Origin: Eledone cirrhosa
Lineage: Eukaryota
DNA: 64,000 bases
Assembly: GCA_964016885.1 (NCBI GenBank)
Contig: OZ024740.1
Span: 133,362,001-133,426,000, forward strand
Reading direction: 5' to 3'
Shown: positions 12,888 through 28,354 of the stretch, piece by piece
Numbering within the stretch: the stretch's first letter is position 1
Layout of the letters: each line of letters begins with the position of its first letter
The notes under the pieces: model-generated
Databases searched by the model: none
Told to the model about the DNA's origin: nothing
The model's input: only the letters and a program-made list of their open reading frames with translations
Translations under genes and position numbers: made by a program

Positions 12888-15775
12888 TAAATATATATAT
12901 ATGCGCACACGCACACACAGATACGTGAACACATGCATATGTATAGAAATACATACATTCATACATACAAATGTGTGTGTAGTTTTGTTCCTGCTGTGTA
13001 ATTTTGATATTTGATAGATAAAGATTTGTAAATAAATTAATAATTTTAAAAAGTACTCTGAGATCTTTTATCGTTTAAAACATTGATAGGGGTTGCCAAA
13101 GTATAGCTACAGCCCACTGAGTGAAACCAATGAAACAAACTTAGCGGCATTTTGAATGACTATAACTAACTGATTTTCTTCTTTTGTGTAAATATATATT
13201 TCATCTAAGCGTATCATAATACAGTAGAATGAATTATATAAAATATATCTCTTAACAAATGAGTGGTAATATACGTGGACAGTAATTTTATCCAGCCCCT
13301 TGCAATATTATTAGTTGCTCTCGCCTTTCCCTACTATGTTTCACATCAATAATTTCTTTATCCTAGGTTTACTCTACCGAGGATGATATGTATTCAAGCA
13401 CGTGGACATCGTTAGTTTTGAAAGCCTAAAAAAATAATAAAACAAATATATAGCCACTATCATTTTATGGTACAGTAATGTCTACCCAAAAGTCTTCTTC
13501 CATTAATATTCTCAACGTTTGTGAATCCCTTTTCAATCCAAGCATATTTTTGCGCGCATTAGGTTATGGAATTTTAATCCTATCTCTATCCAGATATCAC
13601 CATCTGTTTTCAATAATTCAACACTATGTATAATTCACGCACGTGAGATTAATAGATTGGAATACATATCATTTCGTTATCATGGACATTCATCAATGGA
13701 TGGTTGAGCATGCTAATTTCAAATAATTAGCAATTGTGAATAATAACGTCGATCATGCTTCTAGTAATTCTATTAGCTACTTAAGGTAAGAGAATAGCTA
13801 ACTTTGGACATGGGATGTGTTTATATAGGAGTTACATTTGCGCTAGGGGCGAAAACCTAGCATCTCGTCGATGGCTGTGGAAGGGCAAATCACTCTCAGT
13901 CGAAGTGTAAGTGCTTAGATAACTATTGACTACTTAAGCCACACGACAATTGAAATTATCGATTTGTTTTAGGAACACTCATATGGTTGTTTCTACTTTG
14001 TATTAATTCTATGTCTAGTAGAAAGACGTTTATTCCCCAAATCGTGCCTATATAATGTTCTGCATACTTGAAATTAAAACGTTTAGATAGGGGTAATAAT
14101 TTGATTCTCGAAGCTAAATGATAGGGTTGAAACTAGTAGCTATCTTCTCAACAATGTTCCGTCCCGGTGTAATATAGTACAATATCGTTTGCTGTTCCTC
14201 GGTAGTTGAAAACAATACATAACCACTGAAACAATTAGGTAAACGATTTCTTCATAAATACATTAAATAAATACATTCTTCATAAATACATTAAGGATTT
14301 AGATTCTGTTCTAAGCACAGGTACTCATTTGACCAGAGCTTATCAGTGTTTTGTTTTAGTAAAGCAACTGAAAGCACGAGGCTTCCTCTCCTATCCTATA
14401 CGGAACGCCAGTTCGCCGGTAGATTAAAATTCAGCTGAAGAGGTAGACAGACCATATTATTTCAGTGTGTTACACAGTAGGAACGAACTCGATATTATAC
14501 GATAAAAACATTCTAATAAAAAACAATACATATATTCATATTTTTCAGCTGACTGAATTGAAGCTTCACAAATTAAACTATGTTGTACAAAGACACAACG
14601 TGCTATCTAAGGGAATCGAACACATGATATAACTCTTCGCGTGTCACACGTTTTCACATAAAGCCCAAAATATGAAATGACATGATAAACGAAATTAAGA
14701 CAACGCAAACAAAGTCACCTTAAAATTCTGTTGTCATAGGGCAGTGACACCCCATGTACGTCTATTACTTAAACTGCATTTACTACTATCTCTGCTCCTC
14801 TTCACTCGTAAAGTATTTACTAGCTTTTGCAACAGAATTTAATACTTCTGTCATTCCTATGTTTCATTTAGGTAACATTTTTAATCCTCCGTCTACTCGA
14901 TCAGGTCTGATAATATCCAATCAACAGGGGTTAAATGAACTTCTCTTCAAACTCCAAGATTTCTGCTTGACCAAATAATTATATAATCATTACTGTTTTA
15001 TGATATATTAAAGTATACCAAAATCTTCTTCCATGATTCTTCACATCTGTGTAATATAGCCTTTATCCAGATAACTGCATCTGTTTTCAGTAATTCAACA
15101 CTATGATATTAATATGTATATATATATATATATATGTGGGTGTGTATGTGTGTGTTTATTCATATATTACATAATAGCCGTTTGATGAGGTCGTTTCTAT
15201 TACATAATAGTTACCATTGGAATATGTATAGCAAAAACATGTACTCAGTAAAATTATGTAAGATTCAAGCATATTGATTTCATCATTATATGTATATATA
15301 TATACATGCATACGTATATACGCACGTACATACGTGCCTATATACGTACATACGTACATAAATACATACACACATACATGCATACATACATACATATATA
15401 CATGCATACATATATACATACATGTATGCATAAATCCATACATACATATATCCATATATTCATATATAGATGGTGGTCTCTTCATCATTGCAGAATGGTT
15501 GTCATCTCTGTGTATACCACAACATCGTCACCACACCCAAACGTCCGTTCACGACCTCTTAGTTAGCAATTCCACCACATTATAATAACTTCAGTTACCA
15601 TCATCATAGTTGTAATATATAATTCTAATTTTACTGGTACAATAGAAAGAAGGACTACATAGAAATACAAAACACCATATATATATAGTCAAAATACGAT
15701 TATCATCTAAATATCTTTATGGTATAATACAATATATATATATGCATACACACACACAAACACACACACACATAT

Positions 15776-15810
<35 letters not shown>

Positions 15811-15811
15811 T

Positions 15812-15879
<68 letters not shown>

Positions 15880-15933
15880 TATTAATATATAAGGGAACAA
15901 AGAATCAGTGTTGCATGATATACATATTCGGTT

Positions 15934-16025
15934 ACATATTACATATGTTTCACTGTCGATCAGCTCGAGGAACGATCTATTAATGATCGAACCTGACACT
16001 GGAATCGGAGGCTCCTCAGATATGT
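15934..16025 (-). ncRNA. Hammerhead ribozyme, inverted copy
   Basis: Core, stem I and stem III conserved relative to 16780-16871. Confidence 0.8.
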
Positions 16026-16209
16026 TTCAATATATAGACACGACCCGGAGAGTGGTTGAATCTTATCCCCATTCCTTCTAATATGGTTACCACCAATTCT
16101 GTCATAGTGGTATTTCACAGTATTTACTTGTTGGTTTGTTTTCGGTCAGATAACAGTGGGTGCTTCTTATAATTTAGCGGCTATTAACGCCATCTCGGTC
16201 AAATTGCCG

Positions 16210-16271
<62 letters not shown>

Positions 16272-16779
16272 GACACACACACACACACATACACCCACAC
16301 CCACACACACATATATATATATATGTTTGTATATATATACATACACACACATACATATACATACATATACATACACACACACACATATACACATATACAC
16401 ATGCATACACACACATACACACACACACATATATATATATATATGATGGCTACCCCTTCGTTATCAAGTATGACCATTGCACGAAAAAAAATAATAATAA
16501 CAATAAAAACAATAATATTAATAATAATATTAAAACAAAAAAAGCACCCATATATACACTCATACACTCATATACACACACTTAACGTCACACACATACA
16601 TACATACTCACATATATATATGTATAGCTGCTAAATTACAAGAAACCCCGCTGTTATCTGACCGAAAACAAACCAACAAGTAAATACGGTGAAATACCAC
16701 TATGACAGAATTTGAGGTACCATATTAGAAGGAATGGGATAATATTCAAACACCCTCAGGCTCGAGTCTACATGTTAAA

Positions 16780-16871
16780 ACATATCTGAGGAGTTTCCGA
16801 TTCCAGAGTCAAGTTCGATCATTAATAGATCATTCCTCGAGCTGATCAACAGTGAAACATATGTAATATGT
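16780..16871 (+). ncRNA. Hammerhead ribozyme with ~60-nt stem II region
   Basis: acatat-CTGAGGA-...-GAAA-catatg-TA-atatgt. Confidence 0.8.
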
Positions 16872-17063
16872 AATCAAATATATATATGATGCAACACTGA
16901 TTCTTTGTACCCTTATATATTATTACTAATTGATACTATGCTCCCCAAGAGCATCGAGTGTTAATCCGGCATACCGCCTACAGACGCAATTAATTTGCAT
17001 CTTAACACCTGTGTATATATATATATATATATATATAGGCGGTATGTATATATGTGTGTATGC

Positions 17064-17100
<37 letters not shown>

Positions 17101-17484
17101 CATGCATACACACACACATACACACACGTACCCCCCTTCCCCACCCCCATATATATATATATATATACATACATAGATATAAAGAGTGAAACGGTGAGAT
17201 TGGAAATAGCACGGAAAATATATTTAAGGGTCTGCTTTTCTTTTTTTCCGTTCTTTGATTCGTCAAAGTGACATTATTGAAAACATGAGAGGGACAATTC
17301 TTTTAAAAGCGAGTTTTATTACATAAAGTATATAAAGTATAACGGGTTTCGATGTATTAATAAAATTCATCTTATCAACTGTTGAGCATTACAATTAAAG
17401 AGAATTAATAATAATTGAAAACTAAAAATGAAAGATTTAAAATTAAGTGATGAGGTGAGTTTTTTCTTCTTCCTTGTTGAGAAG

Positions 17485-17620
<136 letters not shown>

Positions 17621-17662
17621 TTCGTATGTGAATTTGTTATCTGAAAATGTGTGTTGAAACCG

Positions 17663-18036
17663 ATATTGTTATACTTTAGGAGGGTCATGTTTCCAATAAG
17701 AAACATACGCACCAGTTACTTTCACTTTAATTTATTATACTAAATTTATAAATTTAGGAATTTATAAATTTCCCGTTGGTTGGTTGGTTGGTTCCACAAC
17801 CAGATGGTTGTTTATATATTGTCAAAAAACAAAGAAAAGAATCCCCAATCATTGAAGAGGTCACAGAATGTGTGACGAAAGAACTTTGACAATATATAAA
17901 CAACCATCTGGTTGTGGAACCAACCAACCAACCGGAAATTTATAAATTCCTAAATTTATAAATTTATTATAATAAATTGAAGTGAAAGCAACTGGTGCGT
18001 GTGTTTCTTATTGGCAGCATGTCCCTCCCAAAGTAT

Positions 18037-18044
<8 letters not shown>
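17663..18044. repeat. Fold-back element: arms 17663-17826 / 17885-18044, degenerate HHR in the loop
   Basis: Loop tca-TTGAAGA-g-gtcac/gtgac-GAAA-gaac-TT-tga; related 3' end (ccctcccc.aagtataacaatat) at ~22930. Confidence 0.85.
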
Positions 18045-18086
<42 letters not shown>

Positions 18087-18291
18087 GGAAAAAATGAAAC
18101 GAAATTTCTCACTCTTAGTACGGCTGTTACTTAAATATTTCATTTTTTCCGTTTATCGTTTTCGGTGCGCCCGGCCGATTAACTCACTCGATATACAAAT
18201 TAGGCTGCTCAGCCGTTAATATGCATAAGGAAAGTATATATTTTCAGACATTCAATCATCTGGCAGGAAGGTATATGGTGTTGACGATTGC

Positions 18292-18529
18292 TAATAAGCT
18301 TGAAACTAGTACATCGTTCCTTTGTCAGTGTTGAACAAAAGGGCAACGATGGTTGCTAAACACTGTACGGCTTAATTCGGGATGTTTGTTTGTTTACAAA
18401 TAAACCGAGCATTATAATAAATGTTCGGTAAATCCATACGTAAATATATATATGTATGTGTGCAAATATGTATATATATACATACTACTGTACGTCTGTA
18501 TACATATATATATGTACGTATACATACTT

Positions 18530-18530
<1 letters not shown>
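18292..18530 (+). repeat. Direct copy of window positions 1-~240
   Basis: taataagcttgaaact...cgagcattataataaatgttcgg..aatccatacgt..tactgtacgtct present in both. Confidence 0.85.
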
Positions 18531-18862
<332 letters not shown>

Positions 18863-20769
18863 TGATAATAAGGTATTGGTGGTTATAGCAAATCAAGAAA
18901 CAGGACATTTTTCATATGGTCTGTTTCGTTCTCATATGAACTGTCCTATTCTTACTATCAACTGAATAGATACTTGATTACTACTATACTACGGCATAAG
19001 AATATAAACTTGATGTTTTTGGCATAGAGCTATAATAATCAACGCTCTATATTGTTGATAAACCACGTGATAATTCTTTCTCTCAGATTGAAATATGTGG
19101 TGAAAAGGAAGAATATATTTACAACAAATATATTTCGGAATAGCTATTTAGAAAATTCAAAGCTCCTTAGCTGAGACAAATAATGATGAGATGTAAACGG
19201 TAAGCACTAGAATTTCTAATGTATATCTCCAAACTTTTAAGCATTAAAAGATTCTCTTTTCTCTATTTTATGGCCATTGCTAAGACGTTGATAATACAAA
19301 CTTAAATTTAGAATTCTAAATTTTGATTGGTAATCTCAAATTCTTCTTATTCCTCTGTGTTATTCATAGATAGTTCGATTGTGGTGAAAGATTTATCTTT
19401 GGAACCGAAATATCTACGAAATTAATCATACGGTTGAATTAATGGTAACTAGAAGGGAAGAAAAATACAGACGGTTGTTGATTACAATCTTAACGGCAAA
19501 TAGCACCGTCATCGACTGGCAATATAAGAGATATATTAACGGTATTCTAAATCGAAAAGGCGTTTCTTGCTTGCATAAATGCCATAATGAAGTGGTCTCC
19601 TTCGTGGTCTTTCATCTGAAGAGCAATATTTAGCAGAGATGAGTTGCCAGGCAACCAAATCGTGTAAAGCAATTTCTATAAACACTTAAAGCATTCTGCT
19701 GACACATACTGGTGAGCAAGATTCTCCACTTACAGTTAAATCAAATAATGCTCGTCGTCAAGTCCTTATGTCAACGTCTGGTCCATTAACTCGACCCCGG
19801 GAGATAGGTCTCTAATTGAGAGAGATGCGGCGCGAAATCTACAAACTTTCGATAGTATCAATGAAAATGAAAAACTTCTCGTGATTATATTTGACAAGCG
19901 AAGTACGATAAACATAAAAGGTAAAACGTTTCATATGAATTCAGTTGAAGTTTAGCAAACAATATCAACGGAATAAACTCATAATAGTTACATACAAACA
20001 TACGCACACAGACAGCGAGGCTCAGCACAATTTATAGATAACATATCAGTAGCATTATGCATCTTCATTTCATGAAGATAAACGAAATCTTTTCTGTCAA
20101 ATTTAGAATATCAATTCACATTTATCAGCAAATTGTTTTTATTCCACCTCTTGTGTGACGAGATAAATTTTAAATTATTCATTCCATTTTCGCTATGATC
20201 CCTTAATCCCAGTAAGTTTCAAAGTTACTGAATGATTAAATTGATTGTATTAAAAGTGATTTCCTCTTTCACCAATATGTGCGCAGGGAATTTGATATTT
20301 TCAACTAATATTCCTATTATTTGAATTCAAATATGTCATTGAACGGTCGTAAAGTAGGTATCATATATCACATTTCAGATAACAAAAGATCTTAACATAT
20401 GGACGATAACACTTTCATCCCATCCTCTTATAATTTCAGTATTAAGTGAATGATTGTTTTACTAGGAACAAAACGAAAGATTCTAAAAACTAAACCTTTT
20501 TCTTGAAATATATAGCTGTATAACCTTCCCCGCACACTGGAAACTTTTTGGACAGTTGACACTTCTGTTCCTCAATCTGATTTATCATGATGTAGAAAAT
20601 AGTCTTATCTTTCCAACGTCATCTGTTATGAAGCAAAAATCAGCATTTATTTATGTGCTTTATTTGAAGATAAATTTCTTCTTGTTTGCTTGTTTTCAAT
20701 GCGTTCTTTTTTCTTTACTGTAGAATCTATTCCTGTTATAAATATTTAATTCTGTCACCCAATGCTACA

Positions 20770-22600
20770 AGAAGTGACGATGGCTTAACGGCCTCCCTGA
20801 GCGGGATGAAGTGGAAGCACAGAAGTAACCTATCACGAGACCCCAGGGACGGCCCGGAAGAGAGAATATATTTGCATGCAATTGGTAACTGGAATTTTGC
20901 AACCCTTACAGGCAATTAACAGGAATTTGTGGAAGATGCTAGATACTACCGGATAGGTAGTCGAGGTTTCCTAACGAAAGCTCCGTGGCTCTGTCTCTGT
21001 ATATTTGGATAGAAGTTGAAAACCTCACGACTCATGCGTGACATCAAAATACATGCACAGGGTGGAGTGGGAACACTCACAAGTTCCCTGGTCATATGAA
21101 CTGCATCCGATTGTGAGTGAATATTTGAGTCTTGAATCTTAGGCTGAACGAAAGGTCTCTCTGGGTGGTGCAAACCTATGTGCCAAACTGAGATATCGAA
21201 TACAGATCCATTCTTGAGGATGTACCTGTATCGTTAGATGTAGTTATGAGTGAGTCTCATATCCTACTGGGAGATTTAATTCACACGTTCCTTCCCAAAG
21301 AAATTCATAATCACACATGATATAAGGGGAACGGTGACAAAGATCATTAATTGATCTCGTTAATCTTTCTGATCTCCTTGATTCTGTGTCTAAAGTTCGT
21401 GTTATGGGGAATGACTGAGCTATCCACTTATCACCATTTAGTTATCAGCAACCTGAGATTACCTAAAGCCAAGAGAGCCCTCAAAACGATCAGGTCCAGG
21501 ATAAAGTGAGAAGCACTAAGAGATAAGGATATTAGGACTAGATATGAGGATAAAATTGCATGCAAATTCAGAGAACGCCCTGAGCAAAATGTGGATGTCG
21601 AAACGGAGTGGCGACTATTTAGCTCAGCAATTTCTGCTTCAGCTATTAAATGCTCATTAGGGAGGTTCCGGGTGGCAACGGGACCCCCGAGTTCAATCAA
21701 GTAGTCAAACATACCACCAGAGCAAAGAAGAAGACTTACAAAACTTGGCTTCTAAATGTGTCCTCCTTCTATACTTGCCGTAGAATCAGAAAAACGACAC
21801 ATCAGAAACAGTAAAGGCGTCTAAATTTAAGGCACGCGTGAACTTTAGGCTTAAGCTGGAATCCAATTTCAGATCAACAAATAAAGTGTTTAGCCAAAAC
21901 CTCCACCGACTTCTTAATTAGAATTCCTCCTCCATACTTGATATTAGATACGTGCCTGGGTTTCCTCTCTTCAGAGTGGTGCATTTTCGCAAAATGAAGA
22001 GAATAATTTATTGGTCACCTAAACTAGGTCACAAAATATCTTCTGATGTAAACGAGGAGCATCGGGGACTGATAACTAACCTCTCAAAGGCTGAAGTCAC
22101 AACAGCAGTTAAAGACCTTATATGTCGCAGGGCCACTGGGCAAAATTGAATTTACCCGAATAAAACACAGTCGACCAAATATTTACACTACGACAGGTCT
22201 TTGAGAAATCGTGTATAATGGCAAGAGGTGTATGCATGTTTCGTTGAGCTTGCGAAGACATATGACGACGTTCTACTGTTGTGGAAGGTTCTACAGGAGT
22301 ATAGGATCGATGGACTGTTTGTTGCCCTAATCTATACGTACGCCCTAGTATCTGTGTTCTGATAAATGGCGCTACGTTGAATCCATACAATGTGGCTGTT
22401 GGACTCCAACGGGGGTGCGTACTATCACCTGTCATGATCATAATCTTTATAGGCAGACCGACATACGCAGCCATTCGGAAATGGTATAGAGATTGGCTGG
22501 TGTAGGATCAGTCAACTGCAATTTGTCAGTGCATTCTACATGCTATTGGAGTTCCAGTGAATCATGTGGAGAAATTCAAGTATCTTGGGCCGTGTTCAGG
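20770..22600 (+). pseudogene. Degenerate RTE-X/Expander-like LINE (APE + RT)
   Basis: IGNWNFATL, HILLGD, TVDQIFTLRQVFEKS, VGLQRGCVLSP, VEKFKYLG in broken frames. Confidence 0.75.
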
Positions 22601-22945
22601 ATTTTCTTGAAACATGTCCCTCACAAATTATAATCATATTTGTCTTTATTTATTTATATCATATATAAATTATTTTTACAAGTCTAAAATCGATTCCATA
22701 CGAATAAATGAGTTCTTGTCTAGTAGACGTCACTTCTATATATGATAAAAATATCTATTCTCTACTACTTGAGGCTATTTCTCTCTATATATATATTTAT
22801 ATATATACATATATAAACATTGAGGACCGAATGAATTAACTGTGGAGATATAAAAGATACAGAAGGGAAAACCAACCAAACAGTGAGTGTGTTCTGTTAT
22901 CATTTCCGGCAATATTATTACAACAATATGACCCTCCCCAAGTAT

Positions 22946-23007
<62 letters not shown>

Positions 23008-23573
23008 CTGGGGAGCGTTGTTTGTGTGCGCGTCAGTGTGTGTACATGTGTTGGTGTGTGTATGTACGTACGTATCTATGCATAGATAAATACAATCACC
23101 TGCACATTATGTGTCAACGGAAGATATTGTTATTCTATTTGATATAGAGTCAGTTTAGGACATCTTTGTCATTGTATCTTTGAATCCCGCCGAGATAAAG
23201 TTTGGCTTTGATTGTAGCCATGTATTAACACTGCCATGTTAATCGTTCCCTTCAACAAAATATTTGGTCTAAATTTGAACCCCATATCAAATTGTATTTC
23301 GGAACAAATACGAAAACTATTTTCCTGTCATTTATAAATCCATTTAATGTTATTTTATCATCTTCTTTGGATTGAGGATATAAAGCAATAGGATATACTA
23401 AGATAAGGATAATTTCATTCACCATGATCAGCTGGCCTTAGTAGAATATAATGACAATCAGAGAAATATAGAATCGATTATACATCCACATGATGTACGA
23501 TAATTCAATGAATAAGGTTGTATATACTAAAATAACATGGATGTGGTATATGTTGAAACCACATACAAATAAT

Positions 23574-23754
23574 TGTTTCTACTTTAGGCACAAGGCCAGC
23601 AATTACCCAGTGCATTACTGGTACTTTATTTTATCGACCCCGTAAGGATGAAAGGCAAAGTCAACCTCGGCGGGATTTGAACTCAGATCGTAAAGGGACA
23701 TAACTATGCTGGAAAGCATGGCGTCCGACCCTCTACCGATACTGCCAATCCACC
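23574..23754 (-). mobile_element. Same SINE family, with 113 bp of captured local DNA inside an 18-bp TSD
   Basis: TSD aaaccacatacaaataat at 23556-23573 and 23866-23883. Confidence 0.88.
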
Positions 23755-26147
23755 ATCCTTGAGATAATACGAGAACATAATGAACACATTATGACTGAAT
23801 GCTTAAGAAATCCGTTTTGCCATCATTCAGTCACGGGACTAATATCACTGCATGACATTTTCAGCAAACCACATACAAATAATGACTCTATACATACACA
23901 GCTAAAATTCATAGAAAAATACTCTTCCTCCATACTCTGCTACTACAAACAGAAACATTCTAGACCACATACTTAACAGAATCATGCTTCATAATAGGGA
24001 GGATAGGCTAACCAAAACACAAGAGATCCCATTGATGTGATATATCTTCGCTTCTTTTCCTCCACACTCAGCAGAAGCTTTTTTTATCAGAGTTACTCAG
24101 TGGCATACAGGGTTTACGGTAGCCTTCCTCCTGGCCTGCCTAATTCTTTTCATATGTTTCTTACTATACAGATCCCAAACTATAAATGTTCCCAGCTTTT
24201 AATCCCCAAACATTCACTGGAATAACCTTAACACACGTGTTTTCCTATATTTGTTAGCAGTCAAACCAATCATAGGATGCCAATGATGGTCATGAATATA
24301 GACCCCTTTTCATAACAATACCGAAAAATAATTGCACTTCAAAGGAATATGTTGACTACAATATTCAGTACCTTTGTAAAGATGTTATTGGGTGTCATGA
24401 CTCATCTAGTTGTAGGAAAAGCAATGAATACATCCCTCTTATGCAGTGTGCCTATATGAAGACAGTGTGATTGGATTTATCCTTGAGATAATACGAGAAC
24501 ATAATGAACACATTAAGACTGAATGCTTAAGAAATCCGTTTTGCAATCATTCAGTCACGGGGCTAATATCACTGCATGACATTTTCAGCAAGTCTCATTT
24601 ACTATTGCCTCAGGTCAAACCATGTTTTTTAGTGCACTTGGGCAAAACGAAACTGTATGGAAGCTCGTCGAAACTTTATGGAAGCTCTCCTTGAGAATTG
24701 CGTTAATGCTACTTGCGTGTATGGAATGCTCAGCCAATTATCCGGTAATATCACGAGTAGACAGCATAGTTGCTCGAACAACTGGTATACACATCCTCGA
24801 AGCAGACGGATGTCCATTCCATACCAGAGATTTAATTGCGAGTATATGAGAAAAAAAAAACATGTGATGATATGTTTTATAATGAGTAGTATTACATAAT
24901 AACAAATATTCTTCAAAGTGCTGTTCTTAATTTTATTTGAAGTGCAGGAAAATGAACAAACAGAATGAACGCATTCCCATTCTAGTTGTTTGACTATTTG
25001 CAATTATATTTGTTTCACTGGAGTGCGTAAATGGCAGAGGAAGGAAGAGTCTGATAGAAGGTTAGAAATCGAGAATTAATATTCACTCATGTGTGTAAAC
25101 ATATGTGTTGTCTTGTGTCTGTGCGCGTTTAAATAAGTGTATAGTTAAATAAAAATGATGGAGAGAAAGAGAGATGAGTATATGTATGCGTAAATATGTC
25201 TATGAGATTTCTCTAGTATGTTTAAGAGTAATGATGTTTATACATTATCAATATTTATTCAAAAGTTAGCTTTTATCATTGTACTAAATGCTATTAGTTT
25301 GATGGCGTGTCGATTGGTTGGATAAATAGGTAAATGCCTACTGTAGAAAGAAGAAAAAGAAAGATAAGAAAACAAAGAAAGATTTGTACGGAAATAGAGT
25401 GAACTATATAGTAATATATATGAGAGAAATTAAAGTGTAATAAAAACCTATTAAAGTCTTAATTTCACTTTGTAACGATACACTTTAACACTATGCTGCA
25501 CCATCCTGCACCATCCTGTCTTCCCGTCTACCAAGAAGAGACAGTAGCAATAAAAGCTAACTTCGTGATCAATAACATATCAGTGACTCCGATAAGTCCT
25601 GTTACAGACAAATGCAAGCGAAAATACAATTTCTGAGTATGAGTAAATAAATACATAAATCAAAAGCTTCAACTGGTTCATCGGGCAAAGAATGGAGTTT
25701 CGAAAGAGAAATTTATTTATTTATACTTTTACTGATATCACTGAGTGGACAACGAACATATTGAAGCAACATTTTAAGAGGTTTTTGCCGAAAACATCAA
25801 CACATGTATTAATATCAGACAGTACTTTTATCAATTTACATTTATTAAATGGTACGTTACATTTCAGGACACACCAAAAATATATACACCGGAAGATATG
25901 ATCACATACACAAATTTAGACCACCCCACATATGTATATATTTAAATATATACATATTCACATACATAAAAATGTGTGTGTGCGCACACACGTCTCTGTT
26001 CATAGGGGTGTCTGTGTAAGTGTACAATGTTAGATCAATGTTAAATGAACCACAATGTTAATCTGCAATGTACCACATATTCTTTTAATAGCTAGATATA
26101 CAGATACCAGTTTACTTAATGCCTAGACTCTTAAGTGGAAAATCCAC

Positions 26148-26353
26148 AGAGTATTAAACGACAAATATATATCGAATAACACATACACAATCATATATAT
26201 GTGTATGCGACAATGTGTGCGCGCGTGTGTATGTGAGAATGATATTTGTTATATATGTTTAGATAACAAAATATATCCATCTGACAATAAATTATGTAGA
26301 TACATGAAAATATAAAATACATAAAACATCTGTACCTGTTGCTACATACGTAC
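26148..26353. repeat. ~205-bp segment duplicated in inverted orientation at 33442-33647
   Basis: agagtattaaacgacaaat...ctacatacgtac matches the revcomp of 33442-33647 with about 6-7 mismatches. Confidence 0.9.
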
Positions 26354-26652
26354 ACACAGACACACACACATATATATATTCTTAACGATCGACTTTCGTT
26401 AAATTGGACCGAGGAAACAATGTTTCCGTTGGTCTTTCCAATTGCTAATATTATCTATCGGTCGCAACTCCAGGTAGAAGGAGCAACGTGAAATAAAGTG
26501 TCTCGCCTGGTCCAGGAATTGAACTCACAACCTAAAGATTGCGTATCCAATTCTCTAACCACTCAGCCACACGCCTTCACCATATATATGTATATGTATA
26601 TATATATGTATGTATATATATATATGTATCTATGTATACATAGATACATATA

Positions 26653-26686
<34 letters not shown>

Positions 26687-26723
26687 TACATATATAAGTA
26701 TACATATATATATATACATATAT

Positions 26724-26756
<33 letters not shown>

Positions 26757-26798
26757 CAATATTAAATAAATGGAAAACTATATTTATAAAACCATATT

Positions 26799-26864
26799 TA
26801 TTTCATTATATATATTTCGGGGATATCATATTAACAATATGCTATGCCTTCATTAGACAAAATA
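26799..26864 (-). ncRNA. Inverted copy of the same hammerhead motif
   Basis: Reverse complement of 32946-33011. Confidence 0.75.
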
Positions 26865-27227
26865 CAATATAAACAGTTTTATAGATAAATATATTCGACA
26901 TACCGTAATAAACATCAACTTCATTTGAAGAGGTTCACTCTAGCAGTGAAAATACAGAGAGAAAGAAAGAGAGAGAGAAAAGAGGGAAATAAGAAAGAAA
27001 GAAAGACAAAACGAAGAAAAGGAAGAAAAAGAAGAAAAAGAAGAAATGCATGGGACAAAATAGAGAGATGGAAAAATAGATAAAGCGAAGAGCTTCATGT
27101 AAAGAGACCGAAAGAGATATATATATATATAGAGAGAGAGGAAATAGAGATAGATACATATATAAATATAGATATAGAAAAATTAGGTAGTGGGAGGTCA
27201 TTTTGAGTAAGTGTATCAATGATGCAT

Positions 27228-27262
<35 letters not shown>

Positions 27263-28354
27263 GCTCAAGTATTAATGTAAGGGAGATATATAGAGAGATA
27301 TAGAGAGATATAGAGAGAGAAAAATTTAAAAATAGCCAGACACATTCGAGGCGTAGAAAACCCTATGTTTTAATGTATTAGTATTTATAAAACTTACACT
27401 ATATTGTAAATATCAGTATTCCTGAATGAAACAAGTATTCACAATGCGTGAAAATTCATTATCTTATGTTTAGTTTTTTTAAAAAAATTCATATGTCTAT
27501 GTGAATCCAACTGATTCACTCCGCAAATTCAAAGTTACCGGAAAAACATAAAAATTTGAGCGTAGTATTATTCTCTACAAGATTATCTATCAAGCAGAAA
27601 TAGAGAGCAGATTTCAATATACTAATCGAAAATATATATTATATTATAAGCAGAGATAACAATAATAATGATAATAAGTAAAAATATATAAAAATATAAA
27701 AATATAGAATAGAAAACTAAAAAAGAATATTACGAAAGAATATTACATAATAAAAATATTGCATATTAAAAATACTACGTATTAAAAATATTACGTATTA
27801 AAACTTTACATATAAAAATATTAAAAATAAACTTACATATAAAAATATTAAAAATAAAAATAAAATAAAATAAAATAAAAAATAAAAATATAAAAATATT
27901 ATAGAATACTACAATACTAAAAGAATAAAAATAAAAGTAAACCACAAAGAACAACCCTTCAAGGTTAATTGACAATATATTGCCAAGTTCACTACAAGAC
28001 AAAGCCAAAAATTATCTATCAAATCACATCTAGCAAGGAATATCGCAAAAAAGATTATGATGTCCAATAATGTCTACATATGTTCCTATATTTAATATAT
28101 AAGTTTATCAAGTGTAAGGTTAATTCAGAAAATTTGGAGCATCGGCTTTTAGGGTAGCTTAATTTTTCATGAGGAATGTTTAGATAAAAATAAAAATAAA
28201 AATAAAAATAAAAATAAAAATAAAAATAAAAATAAAAATAAAAATAAATAAAATAAAATAAACAATAAAAAGAGTAAAAAGAGGGAATCAAAGATTTAGG
28301 AATCAAAAGATTTATCGGCTAGTTCTCATATAAATATAAATCAAACTAAATATA

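Larger units (their letters stand above)
15877..17013. mobile_element. Head-to-head inverted HHR element: arms 15877-16184 and 16624-16928, microsatellite-filled spacer, ~85-nt tail on the right
   Basis: Arms are diverged reverse complements (roughly 85-90%); both carry the HHR. Confidence 0.88.

Noticed and set aside
12556-13014. Numerous YI/HT/CV-repeat ORFs here and throughout the window
   Set aside because: Translations of (TA)n/(CA)n microsatellites.
17335-17380. Minus-strand HHR-like string (TTGATAA-gatg/catc-GAAA)
   Set aside because: Two core mismatches and no convincing stem I.
18081-18156. 19-bp inverted repeat next to (TA)n
   Set aside because: May be a tiny fold-back, but too short and no HHR core visible.
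24613-24899. Possible host exon after ctattgcctcag
   Set aside because: No recognisable domain in any frame and no partner exons.
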